From Opitutales bacterium (GTDB lineage Bacteria > Verrucomicrobiota > Verrucomicrobiia > Opitutales > UBA9783): a stretch of 32,000 nt of DNA. The translations under genes and the position numbers were made by a program. The notes below the pieces were generated by a model. It made no database searches, had not been told where the DNA came from, and saw only the letters and a list, made by a program, of their open reading frames with translations. This document shows, piece by piece, positions 17,116 through 26,776 of this stretch; position 1 is the first letter of the stretch, and every line of letters begins with the position of its first letter. The stretch is taken from NCBI GenBank assembly GCA_046881885.1, contig JBKSMP010000022.1:1-32000 (forward strand), read 5' to 3'.

Positions 17116-19752
17116 TTAAGATCTGATAATATGTTGATTCTTTTCATTAGGCAAAAGCATTTGAATTGTAGCTTCATTGCCATCGGAGGAAATTTCTAAT
17201 TTCCCATGCCAAGTTTTAACAACCTCTTGAAGCTCTTGAAAGCCTATGCCAAATTGTAATTCATCGCTCAATCTTTGATTTTGGTTCAAGACTCTAAAAA
17301 GTTTTTTGGTGGAAAAGCTACCTAAATCATTTTTGAATAAGATTTGCTTGTTACCGAATTGATCTTGGCCAACAGATATAACAACTGTATTGCTGGCTTC
17401 CGGCAAAGCCTCCATACAAATGCCGATCAAATTATTCAGGGTTCTCCGTAACAATTGACCATCTACGCGAGCAAATACATTTTCTTTTGCTTGCATTTGA
17501 ATCGTTATGGTTTTGTACAAAATTTTATTTTTTTCAATACAACTGAGGATAGCTTGATTGATACTTTCTAGCGTTAGTTGGTCATAACCTTTTAGGCTTC
17601 CAGGGATAAAAGCGTCCAAACAGGCAGCCATTTCCTCAAGCGTACTGGTTACAAGTTTACATTCTTTTTCATCCAATTTATTGGGACTCTTATCAGCAAG
17701 CAGCAGGCGCAAAACCATTAACGGCGTAATGATGTCATGCGATAAACTACGCGCAATATTGTAACGCTCTAAATAAATAGCTAATTCTTTTTCTTTTTGT
17801 AGTGTATTTAGATTGGAACGTAGCAAAAATAGAACAGCAAGGTAACCTAATATATAGAACGTATGTTGCCAGCTAAAGGTTTCTGGCCAACAAAACGTAC
17901 AATTCGCTTTCGTGTAAATAACGGTTGTTATCAATGCGGTTACTAAACAGGCGAAAATGATTTTACCTTCATGTTGCTTTTCAACGCTCAACAACATGAC
18001 TACGAAAGACAATAATAAGGTTATTATATTTAGGCCATTTTCAGCGGACGTCAAAAAGAGATAGGCGGAGGTAACCGGCAAACAGAAGAATAATGTTGTT
18101 AATTTCAACCATTTTAAGCGATTCTGTTTTGCAAATATTTCTAAAGAATTTCCAAAAATAAGCAATATTGCCATAGTAGCATTGATGAGTATTAACAAAA
18201 GCTTTGAGTAGGTCAAACTTTTGGGCTCAAGTACTAAAGGCATGAGTTGCAAAAATACAAGACAAAAACCTAAGAATGCATTATTGTTTCCTTGTATTTC
18301 TTGAAGGCTTGGACGTTTTTTAGTCCGCTTTTCTTCAACAAAACGCAAATGTTCCAATTCTTTTTTTGTAAAAATCTTTTGTCTTCCCGTACGAAAATAA
18401 GAGAATAAAAATAGTATTACATTGGTGAAAAAACCAGGAAACACACCGTCTATTTTAACGATAGGCTTTGCATAAGTATCCCATAATATAAAGGTAAGAA
18501 ATCCAATTATTGCATTAAAAAGGAAGTGTTTGAAGGGAATCTTCATGTTAAAAAGAAGGAAATATAATGGTGCCAATATCGTAGGGAACCAAAATCCTTC
18601 CACCAAAACCGCTAAATCAAATAAGCCAATGCGTAAACTTGCAAAAATGATGGCTCCGGAGCCTATGAATAAAGCAAATCGACGAGCCCACTTAAGTTTT
18701 TCTGCATCTGAAAATTCTCTATTCTTACGTTTATTGTAGGGTATCATAACATCGTTGACTAACATGATACTTCCAATATTTAAGTAGGAATCTGCTGTAG
18801 ACATTAAAACTGCCAAAATACCAATAACTGCTATGCCAAAAACACCTGCAGGTAAGTAACCTGTAATCAATGTGAGTAATGCTTCATCACCATGTTCTAA
18901 CACAGGCAACAAAACTCTTGCAGCCAAACCCAAAAATATTGCTACAACTGCTAAGAATAGGCAGATGAATGTCGTGTTTCGATAAGCTTTTACTGCTTGG
19001 TTACCATTTCGCATCATAAGTAAGCGTTGGATATGATGAGGTGCAAGTGTTGGCAGTATAAACAAGGTTAAGAATAAATATCGAGGAAGATGCTCATTTG
19101 CAAATGTCATATGAGATTTTGGCAAACGCTCCATTAAGGTGTTCAAGCCGCCAATATCTCCAACAACTGAAATTAAAAGAATAGGGAAGGCAACAATTAA
19201 AACGATTAATTGTAAAACATCCGTAAACGTTACTGCGCGTATTCCTCCACGTCCCGTATAAATAAGGATGATGCCGGCAGAAATTAATAAACTTTTTATG
19301 TATGAAAGTCCGGTTAATACACTGATAGCTGTTCCCATTGCAGTAAACTGTAAGCTTACTAAAAGTATTTCATAAAAACTACCTGCAATTCCTGCCAAAA
19401 CTTTTCCAGATGTTCCATAAGATTTGTAAAAAACGTCACCGATAGAATGACAACCGTAATAATTGCTAAAACGACGGGCAAAAAATAGTCCCACCACTAA
19501 ATAGGCTAGTACCCCTCCGATTTTTCCTACAAATTGTATGATGCCTACTTCATATGCTTTTCCGACTGCACCCATGGTTGAGCTACCACCAATAACGGTC
19601 GCTGCTACGGTACAGCAAATGGCAAAATCGGAAAACTTACGATTGCCAATTGTGTAATTGTCGAAGGTTTTAATTTTTTTTCCAGATACTAATCCTATAT
19701 ATAAAACCGCAACTAAAAACACAATAATGATTGAAACATCTAAAATATGCAT
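17116..19752 (-). CDS. Sodium:solute symporter (SSS/SLC5-like) domain fused to a second multi-TM block and a histidine-kinase-like C-terminus (paralogue 1, 878 aa)
   Basis: SSS-type motifs are present (IYTGRGGIRAVTFTDVLQ, LAVLMSTADS). A charged linker and about six more hydrophobic helices follow. The H-box is ERYNIARSLSHDIITPL, with the His codon at the complement of 17737-17739. The C-terminal ~140 aa are HATPase_c-like with weak N/G1/G2 boxes. Confidence 0.8.
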   Translation of the reverse strand: MHILDVSIIIVFLVAVLYIGLVSGKKIKTFDNYTIGNRKFSDFAICCTVAATVIGGSSTMGAVGKAYEVGIIQFVGKIGGVLAYLVVGLFFARRFSNYYGCHSIGDVFYKSYGTSGKVLAGIAGSFYEILLVSLQFTAMGTAISVLTGLSYIKSLLISAGIILIYTGRGGIRAVTFTDVLQLIVLIVAFPILLISVVGDIGGLNTLMERLPKSHMTFANEHLPRYLFLTLFILPTLAPHHIQRLLMMRNGNQAVKAYRNTTFICLFLAVVAIFLGLAARVLLPVLEHGDEALLTLITGYLPAGVFGIAVIGILAVLMSTADSYLNIGSIMLVNDVMIPYNKRKNREFSDAEKLKWARRFALFIGSGAIIFASLRIGLFDLAVLVEGFWFPTILAPLYFLLFNMKIPFKHFLFNAIIGFLTFILWDTYAKPIVKIDGVFPGFFTNVILFLFSYFRTGRQKIFTKKELEHLRFVEEKRTKKRPSLQEIQGNNNAFLGFCLVFLQLMPLVLEPKSLTYSKLLLILINATMAILLIFGNSLEIFAKQNRLKWLKLTTLFFCLPVTSAYLFLTSAENGLNIITLLLSFVVMLLSVEKQHEGKIIFACLVTALITTVIYTKANCTFCWPETFSWQHTFYILGYLAVLFLLRSNLNTLQKEKELAIYLERYNIARSLSHDIITPLMVLRLLLADKSPNKLDEKECKLVTSTLEEMAACLDAFIPGSLKGYDQLTLESINQAILSCIEKNKILYKTITIQMQAKENVFARVDGQLLRRTLNNLIGICMEALPEASNTVVISVGQDQFGNKQILFKNDLGSFSTKKLFRVLNQNQRLSDELQFGIGFQELQEVVKTWHGKLEISSDGNEATIQMLLPNEKNQHIIRS

Positions 19753-20069
19753 GGCTTATAATTAGTAACGAATTTTTTAGAAGTCAAATGTTTTTAAGCT
19801 TTATTTTTCTTGGGTGCATTATTGCTGGTTTTTTGTTAAAACTATGCATTCTTTGATAGGGTGTTGCGCTTCTAAGTAAACATTAAAAAGGCAAGGATTG
19901 AAATTTTCATAAAAATTTTACAAAAAAGAATAAAAAATATTGTAGGATTTTAAGAAAAGAATCATGAACGATTTATTGAACCAGTAAACGAATTGCGAGA
20001 GAAAGGTTTTTAGAAAAATTTTTAAAAAAAGTATTGCAATTGTATTAGGAGTATTGCCATTCTAAAGTC

Positions 20070-21776
20070 ATGCAAGAGTTTGCCGAAAGGTACATGGGGA
20101 TTAGCGTTAATGGAGGAAAAATTTTAGGAGAGGTCTTTTGTTATCAAAAAGATTCCTTAGGTGTTCCTCGTTATAAAATTTCCCAAGAAAGCGTAGATGC
20201 CGAATGGAAACGTTATCAATCTGCGTTAGACTTGACCAAGGTACAACTATTAGAATATAAAAAAAATATAGAAGAAAAGTTAGGAGAAAACGAAGCCGAA
20301 GTTTTTGAAATACAATTGGCTTTGTTGGAGGATGATTATTTGTCAAAGGCTTTATACAAAGAGTTGCAAACAACGCTTTACAATGTAGAATTTTGTTTAA
20401 AAAATGTTATTGAGGCCTGTATGCAACAATTTAAGGGACATGCAATGTTGCATGTTCGTGAAAGTTGTTTAGACTTTAATGATGTAACTTCACGTATTCT
20501 GAAAAATTTGCTTTCTATTTCTCCGGTAGCTCCGTTAAAAGTAAATTTGCAAGGTAAGATTATTGTTGCAGACAATCTTGAGCCTTCAGATGTTGTAGAT
20601 TTGGCCGACAAAGGAATTGCGGCTATTGTTTTGGCGGATGCTTGCTTGAATTCGCATGCAATCATTGTAGCGCGCGGTTTAAATATTCCTATTGTTGCTG
20701 GGGTGGAGGCTGTTCATTTAAAAGTTGCTTCAAATGATGTTTTGCTGGTCGATGGTTCTGAGGGTAAAATTTTTGTAAATCCTTCAAAAGCTTTTTCAGA
20801 TCATTATTTAACTAAAACGGAAAACAAAAAGAAGCTAGCGATAGCGAAAAAAAGTGTTTTAGATGTAGATTTTTGGCTTTCTTATGATTCGAATTTAACA
20901 AAAGAATTCATGGATTCAAATCAGGTAAAGGGGATCGGTTTGTTGCGATCGGAATCCATTTTTCTTGCAAAGGATGAATTACCTAAAGAAGAAGAGCAGT
21001 TTTTGTTTTATAAGTCTGTTGTTGAAAAGTTTGCTCCCTATCCAGTTGTTTTACGCGTGTTAGATGTGGGTGGTGACAAAATCGCAAAAGGTTCTGTTCA
21101 AAGGGAACCAAATCCTTTTTTAGGGGTTCGCGGTATAAGATATTGTTTGCATAATAGTGGACTTTTTAAGCATCAATTACGTGCGATGTTGCGTGCAAGT
21201 GCGTTTGGAAAGGTCCAGATTTTGTATCCGATGATTACGGGTTCGGAAGATTTATTGCAGGCGAATGCCTTATTGGAAGAATGTAAGTCGGAATTAAGGG
21301 ATGAGAAAATTGCTTACGACGATTCTATTCCTATAGGTTCTATGATTGAGATTCCAAGTGCGGTTTTGTTAATGGATCATTTAAGTAATTTTTGTCAGTT
21401 TTTTAGCTTAGGAACGAATGATTTGGTGCAATATACTTTGGCGGCTGATCGTACAAATAATTTAGTGGCTAAACGTTATGGGGACTTGCATCCTTCGATT
21501 TTAAGAATGTTAAAAATGGTTTTTGAAAATGCGCAAACGATACATACGCCCATTACGGTTTGCGGTGAGATGGCAAGTTCTGTTAAAGGTTTTTTGGTTG
21601 GCTTAGCGCTTGGTTTTCGTTCTTTTTGTGTTTATGATAAACAAGTAGACTGCTTAAAGTCTATTTTGTATAATTTGAGTAAAGAAGATTTGGCTTTTAT
21701 TGCCGATAAAATGTGGAGTTTCAGCAACTCGCAAGAAATTTCTCGTTTTTTTGAAAAATTTTTGAACAAAATTTGA
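20070..21776 (+). CDS. ptsI: Phosphoenolpyruvate-protein phosphotransferase (PTS enzyme I)
   Basis: 568 aa. The phospho-His region is NSHAIIVARGLNIPIVAG. The PEP-binding TIM-barrel motifs are present (LRSESIF, LGTNDLVQYTLAADR, VCGEMAS). The start may instead be the ATG at 20094. Confidence 0.85.
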   Translation: MQEFAERYMGISVNGGKILGEVFCYQKDSLGVPRYKISQESVDAEWKRYQSALDLTKVQLLEYKKNIEEKLGENEAEVFEIQLALLEDDYLSKALYKELQTTLYNVEFCLKNVIEACMQQFKGHAMLHVRESCLDFNDVTSRILKNLLSISPVAPLKVNLQGKIIVADNLEPSDVVDLADKGIAAIVLADACLNSHAIIVARGLNIPIVAGVEAVHLKVASNDVLLVDGSEGKIFVNPSKAFSDHYLTKTENKKKLAIAKKSVLDVDFWLSYDSNLTKEFMDSNQVKGIGLLRSESIFLAKDELPKEEEQFLFYKSVVEKFAPYPVVLRVLDVGGDKIAKGSVQREPNPFLGVRGIRYCLHNSGLFKHQLRAMLRASAFGKVQILYPMITGSEDLLQANALLEECKSELRDEKIAYDDSIPIGSMIEIPSAVLLMDHLSNFCQFFSLGTNDLVQYTLAADRTNNLVAKRYGDLHPSILRMLKMVFENAQTIHTPITVCGEMASSVKGFLVGLALGFRSFCVYDKQVDCLKSILYNLSKEDLAFIADKMWSFSNSQEISRFFEKFLNKI

Positions 21777-21796
21777 AAGCCTTAGTCTAAAAAGGC

Positions 21797-21825
21797 TTGA
21801 CAAAATTTCTGTAATTTTTTCTAAT
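21797..21825 (+). promoter_or_regulatory. Candidate sigma70-type promoter for the OMP gene
   Basis: TTGACA (21797-21802), a 17-nt spacer, then TCTAAT (21820-21825), about 50 nt upstream of the ATG at 21874. Confidence 0.4.
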
Positions 21826-21873
21826 AATTTATGTTAGCTAATTTTGGCTAGCAAAATAGAAAGATAAAATAAA

Positions 21874-22464
21874 ATGAATAAAAAAGTATTATTAGGTGGC
21901 TTCAGCTTAGTTGCTGGTAGCTTGTTCGCAGCAGAAAATGCAGTTTCTTCCTTCAACCCATATGTTGCAGTTAAAGGTGGATACTCGATCTTGACCAAAA
22001 AAGATAGCATCAAGTACAAAAATGGTTTCAATGGTGCTGTTGAATTTGGTGTTTCTTATGACGCATGGCGCTTAGGTTTGGAAGTTTCTTATCGTCAAAA
22101 CAAGATCAAGAACTCCACAAATGCTGCTGTTCCTGTTGCTACATACAATAAAGTTAATGCTTTGGCAGGTATGATCAACGTTTACTATGACTATGCTTTG
22201 ACCGAAGAATGCTCCTTGTATGTTGGTGCCGGTTTGGGTATGGCCAAATTCAACTTTGTTGCAGTAAACACCAAAATTGAAACTGGAAAGTGCGTTTTCG
22301 CATGGCAAGTATTGGCTGGTGTTGCTTATGACATCAACGAAAACTGGACTGTTGAAGCAGGTTATCGTTTGTTCGGAACCAGCAAAGTTAAGGTTAGCAA
22401 CACTGCTAAAATCAAGACTCCTTTGCAAAACAGCTTAGAGCTTGGTTTGCGTTACAACTTCTAA
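21874..22464 (+). CDS. Small outer-membrane beta-barrel protein (OMP_b-brl/Omp25-like)
   Basis: The signal peptide is MNKKVLLGGFSLVAGSLFA/AE. The body shows an alternating aromatic/aliphatic beta-strand pattern, and the C-terminus is LELGLRYNF, ending in Phe. A strong terminator follows the gene. Confidence 0.8.
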   Translation: MNKKVLLGGFSLVAGSLFAAENAVSSFNPYVAVKGGYSILTKKDSIKYKNGFNGAVEFGVSYDAWRLGLEVSYRQNKIKNSTNAAVPVATYNKVNALAGMINVYYDYALTEECSLYVGAGLGMAKFNFVAVNTKIETGKCVFAWQVLAGVAYDINENWTVEAGYRLFGTSKVKVSNTAKIKTPLQNSLELGLRYNF

Positions 22465-22483
22465 TTGTTGTTACAAACTTTAG

Positions 22484-22512
22484 AAAAAAGCACACCTTCG
22501 GGTGTGTTTTTT
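22484..22512 (+). terminator. Rho-independent terminator after the OMP gene
   Basis: The sequence AAAAAAGCACACC-TTCG-GGTGTGTTTTTT forms a GC-containing stem with a TTCG tetraloop and a T-run. Confidence 0.85.
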
Positions 22513-22586
22513 GTTTTATGGAATTTTTGTGAAAAATAAGACTTGCTTTGTTTTATATTTTGCTACACATTTAATTTAATAGTTTT

Positions 22587-22663
22587 GCCCTGTTCGTCTA
22601 GTTGGTCCAGGACATCGGGTTCTCATCTCGACAACAGGAGTTCGAATCTCCTACAGGGTGCCA
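22587..22663 (+). tRNA. tRNA-Glu (anticodon CUC), CCA encoded
   Basis: GCCCTGT TC GTCT AGTTGGTCCA GGAC A TCGGG TTCTCAT CTCGA CAAC AGGAG TTCGAAT CTCCT ACAGGGT G CCA. It folds as a cloverleaf with a 4-nt variable loop typical of tRNA-Glu. The acceptor stem opens with a G1-U72 wobble. Confidence 0.9.
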
Positions 22664-22814
22664 TTTAGTGGTGAGATAAGATTTTTTGAGAGGTTTTTTA
22701 TTTTTAGAAATTAAAAAAATTTTTCTTTTAACCTAGTAATTACTTTTTCTTCAAAAGGCTTGACGTTGTGAATGAAGTAGTCAAAGATTTCTAGAGTAAC
22801 TTCTTTAAACTGAT

Positions 22815-23090
22815 ATGAAAAAAAATCGATTCATTGTTTTGGGAGCAGCTTTGTTTGCTCTGAGTGGTTTATCTTCAATTGCTGATTATGTTGCTCAAGA
22901 CTTTATAAGTCCTCGCACGGGCAAATCAACTGTTTTCTGGGGAGATGCTTCTAAAGGTAAGGATGCTTATGTCTTGGAGTATGATGAAGCTACCGATCAT
23001 TATTATTTCAAAAAAGTAGAAAAGAATTTTCCAACAAAACCAGCTGCTCATGCCAAAACGGCACAAAAAGCTGTAAGTGAAAATAAGTAA
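22815..23090 (+). CDS. Hypothetical small secreted protein, 91 aa
   Basis: ORF in the track with a signal-peptide-like N-terminus MKKNRFIVLGAALFALSGLSSIA. I recognise no family. Confidence 0.5.
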   Translation: MKKNRFIVLGAALFALSGLSSIADYVAQDFISPRTGKSTVFWGDASKGKDAYVLEYDEATDHYYFKKVEKNFPTKPAAHAKTAQKAVSENK

Positions 23091-23101
23091 GTTCGATCAA
23101 C

Positions 23102-23518
23102 ATGCTTGCGTGGTTTACAAAATTGGGTCGTTGGTTAGAAAAGGAGAACTTTGGTCTGCTTTTGATCCGGTTTTTCTTCGGAGTATGTTTGATTATTTAT
23201 AGTATTGTTTGCTTTAGGGATGTTTTTCTCTTAAAGCATTTGGGACGTGCAGCTACAACTCTGCACTTCCCATTTTCGGATATTTTCTGGGGGATTTTTA
23301 CGGCATTTACCTTTATTTGGACAGGGTTATTTATCGTTTTGGGATTTTATTTTCGATTGGCAACAGTTGCCTTGTTTATAATCGGGTTAGTAGGCGCTTG
23401 GCCAGCCTTGTCATGGAAATTTTTATTTTTACCGCCGTATACACCTTTAAATTTTTTAATTATTTTGAGTTTGGCCTTTTCATTTATAGGCCCTGGAGCA
23501 TTTAGTGTGAAAAAATAG
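23102..23518 (+). CDS. DoxX-like small integral membrane protein
   Basis: Four predicted TM helices. The N-terminal LLLIRFFFG and the C-terminal IGPGAFSV resemble DoxX-family ends. This is a weak assignment made by eye. Confidence 0.5.
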   Translation: MLAWFTKLGRWLEKENFGLLLIRFFFGVCLIIYSIVCFRDVFLLKHLGRAATTLHFPFSDIFWGIFTAFTFIWTGLFIVLGFYFRLATVALFIIGLVGAWPALSWKFLFLPPYTPLNFLIILSLAFSFIGPGAFSVKK

Positions 23519-23532
23519 AACAAAGGAATTTT

Positions 23533-24837
23533 GTGAAAACACATATTGAATCTATTAATACAGTATCTAAAAAAGTAACAGTCACATTTGAAAAGGACAT
23601 GTGTAAGGATGTTCGTTTGACTGTTTTGAAAAAAGCGCAGAAAGATGCAGCTTTGCCTGGTTTTAGAAAGGGCAAAGTGCCTTTAGAACTGTTAGAACAA
23701 CGTTATGCTGAAGCTCTTTTGCAAGAATTTCGTCAAGAATTAGTTGTAAAAGCCTTGGAGCATTTAAAGCAATCCGATAAGATGGATGTAGTTGCTGTTG
23801 TGAAGTCGGATTTTAGCGACAAGGATAAAGGGCAAGAATTGCATTTAGAAGTAGAATTAGCTCCAGAAATTGCCTTGCCAGATTACAAAAGTTTTCAGCT
23901 AGACAAAGCGGATTTTGAGGTTTCTGAAGCCGAAGTAAACGATTTTATTGAACGTCTTCAAAAGCAACAAGCCTCTTACGAAGTTGTAGAACGTGAGGCG
24001 CAATCTAAGGATTATGTAAAGTTGTCCTACGAAGGTTTTGTAGATGACCAGCCAATCGATTCTTATCAGGGTTTGCCGCATCTTTGGGCCAAGCAAAAAA
24101 TGACTTGGGAAGAAGTTGATGCACAAGAAACACCTGGAATTCCTGAGATTGTAAAAGGTATTAAAGGGTTGAAGGCAGGCGATAAGAAAGAGATCAAAGT
24201 ACAATTGCCAGCGACCTTTGCCGTTAAAGAATTGCAGAAAAAGAAGGCCGTTTATAAAGTAGAAATTCTTGAGGTTCGTGAAGTTAAATTGCCGGCCTTA
24301 GATGAAGAATTTTTCAAAAAATTGCAGGTAAAAGATAAGGCAGAATTGGAAACTTTTGCCAAGAAAACCTTGTCTAATCGTAAAGAACAAGAATATGCAG
24401 CTCAGCAAAAACAACGCATTTCGGAGTTCTTAATCCAATCGGTTACCTGTGAAATGCCTTCTTCTTGGGTACGTTCTGAAACCAATAAAGTTTTGCAAGA
24501 AATGGTGAATTTGTTCTCGTCACACGGCATTAAACAAGGTATGTTAGAAGAACAAAAAGAGGCCTTGGTAGAACGTGCAAGAACTGTTGCCTGTGATCGT
24601 ATCAAGCTAAACTTGTGTTTTGAGAAGATTTTTAGTGCAGAAAAATTGAAGGTAGATGCGCGTGATATCGAGTTGGTTTTGGTTCAAGAAGCGGCTCAGC
24701 GTCATATAACCCCGCAAAAATTGCTACAGCTTGTTCAGAAGGATGAACGTGAGCGCAATGCGATTCAAAACAAGGCCTTTCAGGCCAAGATGATTAATTG
24801 GTTGTTTGATACATTACGCGAAACTTCTAAGAAATAA
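23533..24837 (+). CDS. tig: Trigger factor
   Basis: GTG start. The ribosome-binding signature PGFRKGKVP is present. Length is 434 aa, and the gene has the conserved position upstream of clpP-clpX. Confidence 0.95.
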   Translation: MKTHIESINTVSKKVTVTFEKDMCKDVRLTVLKKAQKDAALPGFRKGKVPLELLEQRYAEALLQEFRQELVVKALEHLKQSDKMDVVAVVKSDFSDKDKGQELHLEVELAPEIALPDYKSFQLDKADFEVSEAEVNDFIERLQKQQASYEVVEREAQSKDYVKLSYEGFVDDQPIDSYQGLPHLWAKQKMTWEEVDAQETPGIPEIVKGIKGLKAGDKKEIKVQLPATFAVKELQKKKAVYKVEILEVREVKLPALDEEFFKKLQVKDKAELETFAKKTLSNRKEQEYAAQQKQRISEFLIQSVTCEMPSSWVRSETNKVLQEMVNLFSSHGIKQGMLEEQKEALVERARTVACDRIKLNLCFEKIFSAEKLKVDARDIELVLVQEAAQRHITPQKLLQLVQKDERERNAIQNKAFQAKMINWLFDTLRETSKK

Positions 24838-24840
24838 GCT

Positions 24841-25455
24841 ATGACCTACTTACCTTTACCTTATGTTTATGAGCGTGATGGTCGCGGCGAAAAGGCTTGG
24901 GATATTTACAGTCGTTTGCTGAAAGATCGTATTGTTTTTGTCGGTACTCCGATTGATGATTTTGTCGCAAATGCCGTTATTGCTCAGTTGTTGTTTTTGC
25001 AGATGGAAGATCCTAAAAAGGATGTTCATATGTATATCAATTGCCCTGGAGGGAGTGTAACTGCTGGTATGGCGATTTACGATACGATGAATTTCTTGCA
25101 TTGTGATATCGTGACGTATTGTGTTGGCCAAGCAGCAAGTATGGCGACAGTTTTATTAGCAGCAGGTACGCGCGGTAAGCGTTATGCCTTGCCTCACAGT
25201 CGGGTTATGATCCATCAACCTTCAGGTGGGGTAACCGGTCAAGCATCCGATATTTCGATCGCGGCCAAAGAAATTTTACGTTGGCGTTCAACGATAAATT
25301 CTATCTTGGCGCAACATAGCGCAAAATCGGTTGAACAAATCGAAAAGGATTCAGATCGTGACTTTTTCTTGTCGGCAAATGAGGCAAAAGAATACGGATT
25401 GGTGGATCATGTGATTGTCAATAATCCGGAAAAGACACAAGCATCGAATGACTAA
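24841..25455 (+). CDS. clpP: ATP-dependent Clp protease proteolytic subunit
   Basis: The catalytic triad contexts are GQAASMA (Ser), MIHQPSGG (His) and DSDRDFF (Asp). Length is 204 aa. Confidence 0.95.
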   Translation: MTYLPLPYVYERDGRGEKAWDIYSRLLKDRIVFVGTPIDDFVANAVIAQLLFLQMEDPKKDVHMYINCPGGSVTAGMAIYDTMNFLHCDIVTYCVGQAASMATVLLAAGTRGKRYALPHSRVMIHQPSGGVTGQASDISIAAKEILRWRSTINSILAQHSAKSVEQIEKDSDRDFFLSANEAKEYGLVDHVIVNNPEKTQASND

Positions 25456-26776
25456 GGATACTTTGTTTTGTTCGTTTTGCGGTCGACACGCAAGCCAAGT
25501 AAAAAATTTGGTAACCTCACCTAATGGAACGGCAGCTATTTGTACCGATTGTTTAAGCATTTGTCGTTCTATGTTGGAGCCATCAAATGGGAAAGATTTG
25601 AGGCCAACAGAAAGTGATACCTTAGATGTACAAGAAGCTTTACCTAAAGAAGTTTCAACCGAAATTCCACGTTTGAAAGTTTTGCCGCCTCATGTCATTA
25701 AAGCCGAACTAGATCGTTTTATTGTAGGTCAGGAACATGCTAAAAAGACCTTGGCAGTAGCTGTTTATAATCACTACAAGCGTTTGGTACTTCAAAAAGG
25801 CTTAGATTTGTTGGAAGAAAACAATGAGTTAAGTTTTACAGCAGAGTTGTCAGAGGATTTGCAAAATGTAGAAGTTGACAAAAGCAATATCCTGTTTGTG
25901 GGGCCTACAGGAAGCGGAAAAACTTTGCTCGCACGTACTTTGGCGCGTTTATTGAATGTACCATTTGCCATTGCAGATGCGACCACATTGACCGAAGCAG
26001 GTTATGTAGGTGAGGATGTGGAGAATATTGTTCTTCGACTTTTGCAAGCCGCTGATTACGATGTAAAGCGCGCAGAAATGGGTATTATTTATGTCGATGA
26101 AATTGATAAAATCGGTCGAAAGACTGATAATGTTTCCATTTCGCGCGATGTGTCTGGTGAAGGCGTCCAACAAGCTTTATTAAAGATTTTGGAAGGTACG
26201 GAGTGTAATATTCCGCCTAAAGGAGGACGTAAGCATCCCGACCAGGAATATATTCGAATTAACACGGCGAATATTTTGTTCATTTGCGGTGGTGCTTTTG
26301 TGGGGTTGGACAAAATTGTATCGCATCGTGTAGGCCATCAAGTGTTGGGATTCAATAAAGATGTTTCTAAAAATCTGGAAAGTGCAGAATTGATTGAGGC
26401 CCACGTACAGCCAGAAGACTTGATAAAGTTTGGTATGATTCCGGAATTTGTGGGGCGTTTGCCAGTGGTTTCTGTATTGCGGGAATTAACGAAGGAAGAT
26501 TTAATTTTTATTCTCACAAAGACTCAAAACGCAATTCTTAAACAATACGAAAAGCTCTTTGCGATGGAATCTGTGCATTTGGAATTTACGGAAAGCGCGA
26601 TCGATGCCATTGTTCAGCAAGCTTTAGAATTAAAAACGGGCGCACGTGCCTTGCGGTCTATTATCGAGCGTTTCATGTTAGATATCTTTTTTGTAGTTTC
26701 TAAAGATAAATCTATTCGATCGGTAACGGTTACCGAAGAGGTTGTGCAAAAAGGCGCACATCCGTTGATGCAATGA
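25448..26776 (+). CDS. clpX: ATP-dependent Clp protease ATP-binding subunit ClpX
   Basis: I prefer the ATG at 25448 ([12 protein letters not shown]...) over the track start at 25415. The C4 zinc-binding N-domain is present (CSFCG...CTDC). Walker A is GPTGSGKT, Walker B is IIYVDEIDK, and the ClpP-docking IGF-type loop reads LGF. Confidence 0.95.
   Translation: MTKDTLFCSFCGRHASQVKNLVTSPNGTAAICTDCLSICRSMLEPSNGKDLRPTESDTLDVQEALPKEVSTEIPRLKVLPPHVIKAELDRFIVGQEHAKKTLAVAVYNHYKRLVLQKGLDLLEENNELSFTAELSEDLQNVEVDKSNILFVGPTGSGKTLLARTLARLLNVPFAIADATTLTEAGYVGEDVENIVLRLLQAADYDVKRAEMGIIYVDEIDKIGRKTDNVSISRDVSGEGVQQALLKILEGTECNIPPKGGRKHPDQEYIRINTANILFICGGAFVGLDKIVSHRVGHQVLGFNKDVSKNLESAELIEAHVQPEDLIKFGMIPEFVGRLPVVSVLRELTKEDLIFILTKTQNAILKQYEKLFAMESVHLEFTESAIDAIVQQALELKTGARALRSIIERFMLDIFFVVSKDKSIRSVTVTEEVVQKGAHPLMQ

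Noticed and set aside
21788-22765. Shared 12-mer AAAAGGCTTGAC upstream of both the OMP gene (21790-21801) and the 91-aa secreted-protein gene (22753-22764)
   Set aside because: A single repeated 12-mer in 32 kb of AT-rich DNA is within chance expectation. It mostly reflects two -35 TTGAC elements. The first copy is also half of a hairpin (AAGCCTT...AAGGCTT) right after the ptsI stop.
25792-26404. Minus-strand track ORFs inside clpX (25792..25986, 25949..26173, 26089..26313, 26180..26404). Similar antisense ORFs occur in ffh, the GT genes, yidC, the fumarase-family gene, ptsI, the OMP gene, tig, clpP, rsmE and both SSS-HK genes.
   Set aside because: They are antisense or off-frame shadows of strongly supported genes, and none contains a recognisable motif.
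6522-26776. Recurrent 4-nt ATGA start/stop overlaps (ffh/pgpA, pgpA/MBL, GT39/GT2, CPBP/tsaE, clpX/rsmE)
   Set aside because: This is ordinary translational coupling in compact bacterial operons. I note it only as support for the chosen start codons.
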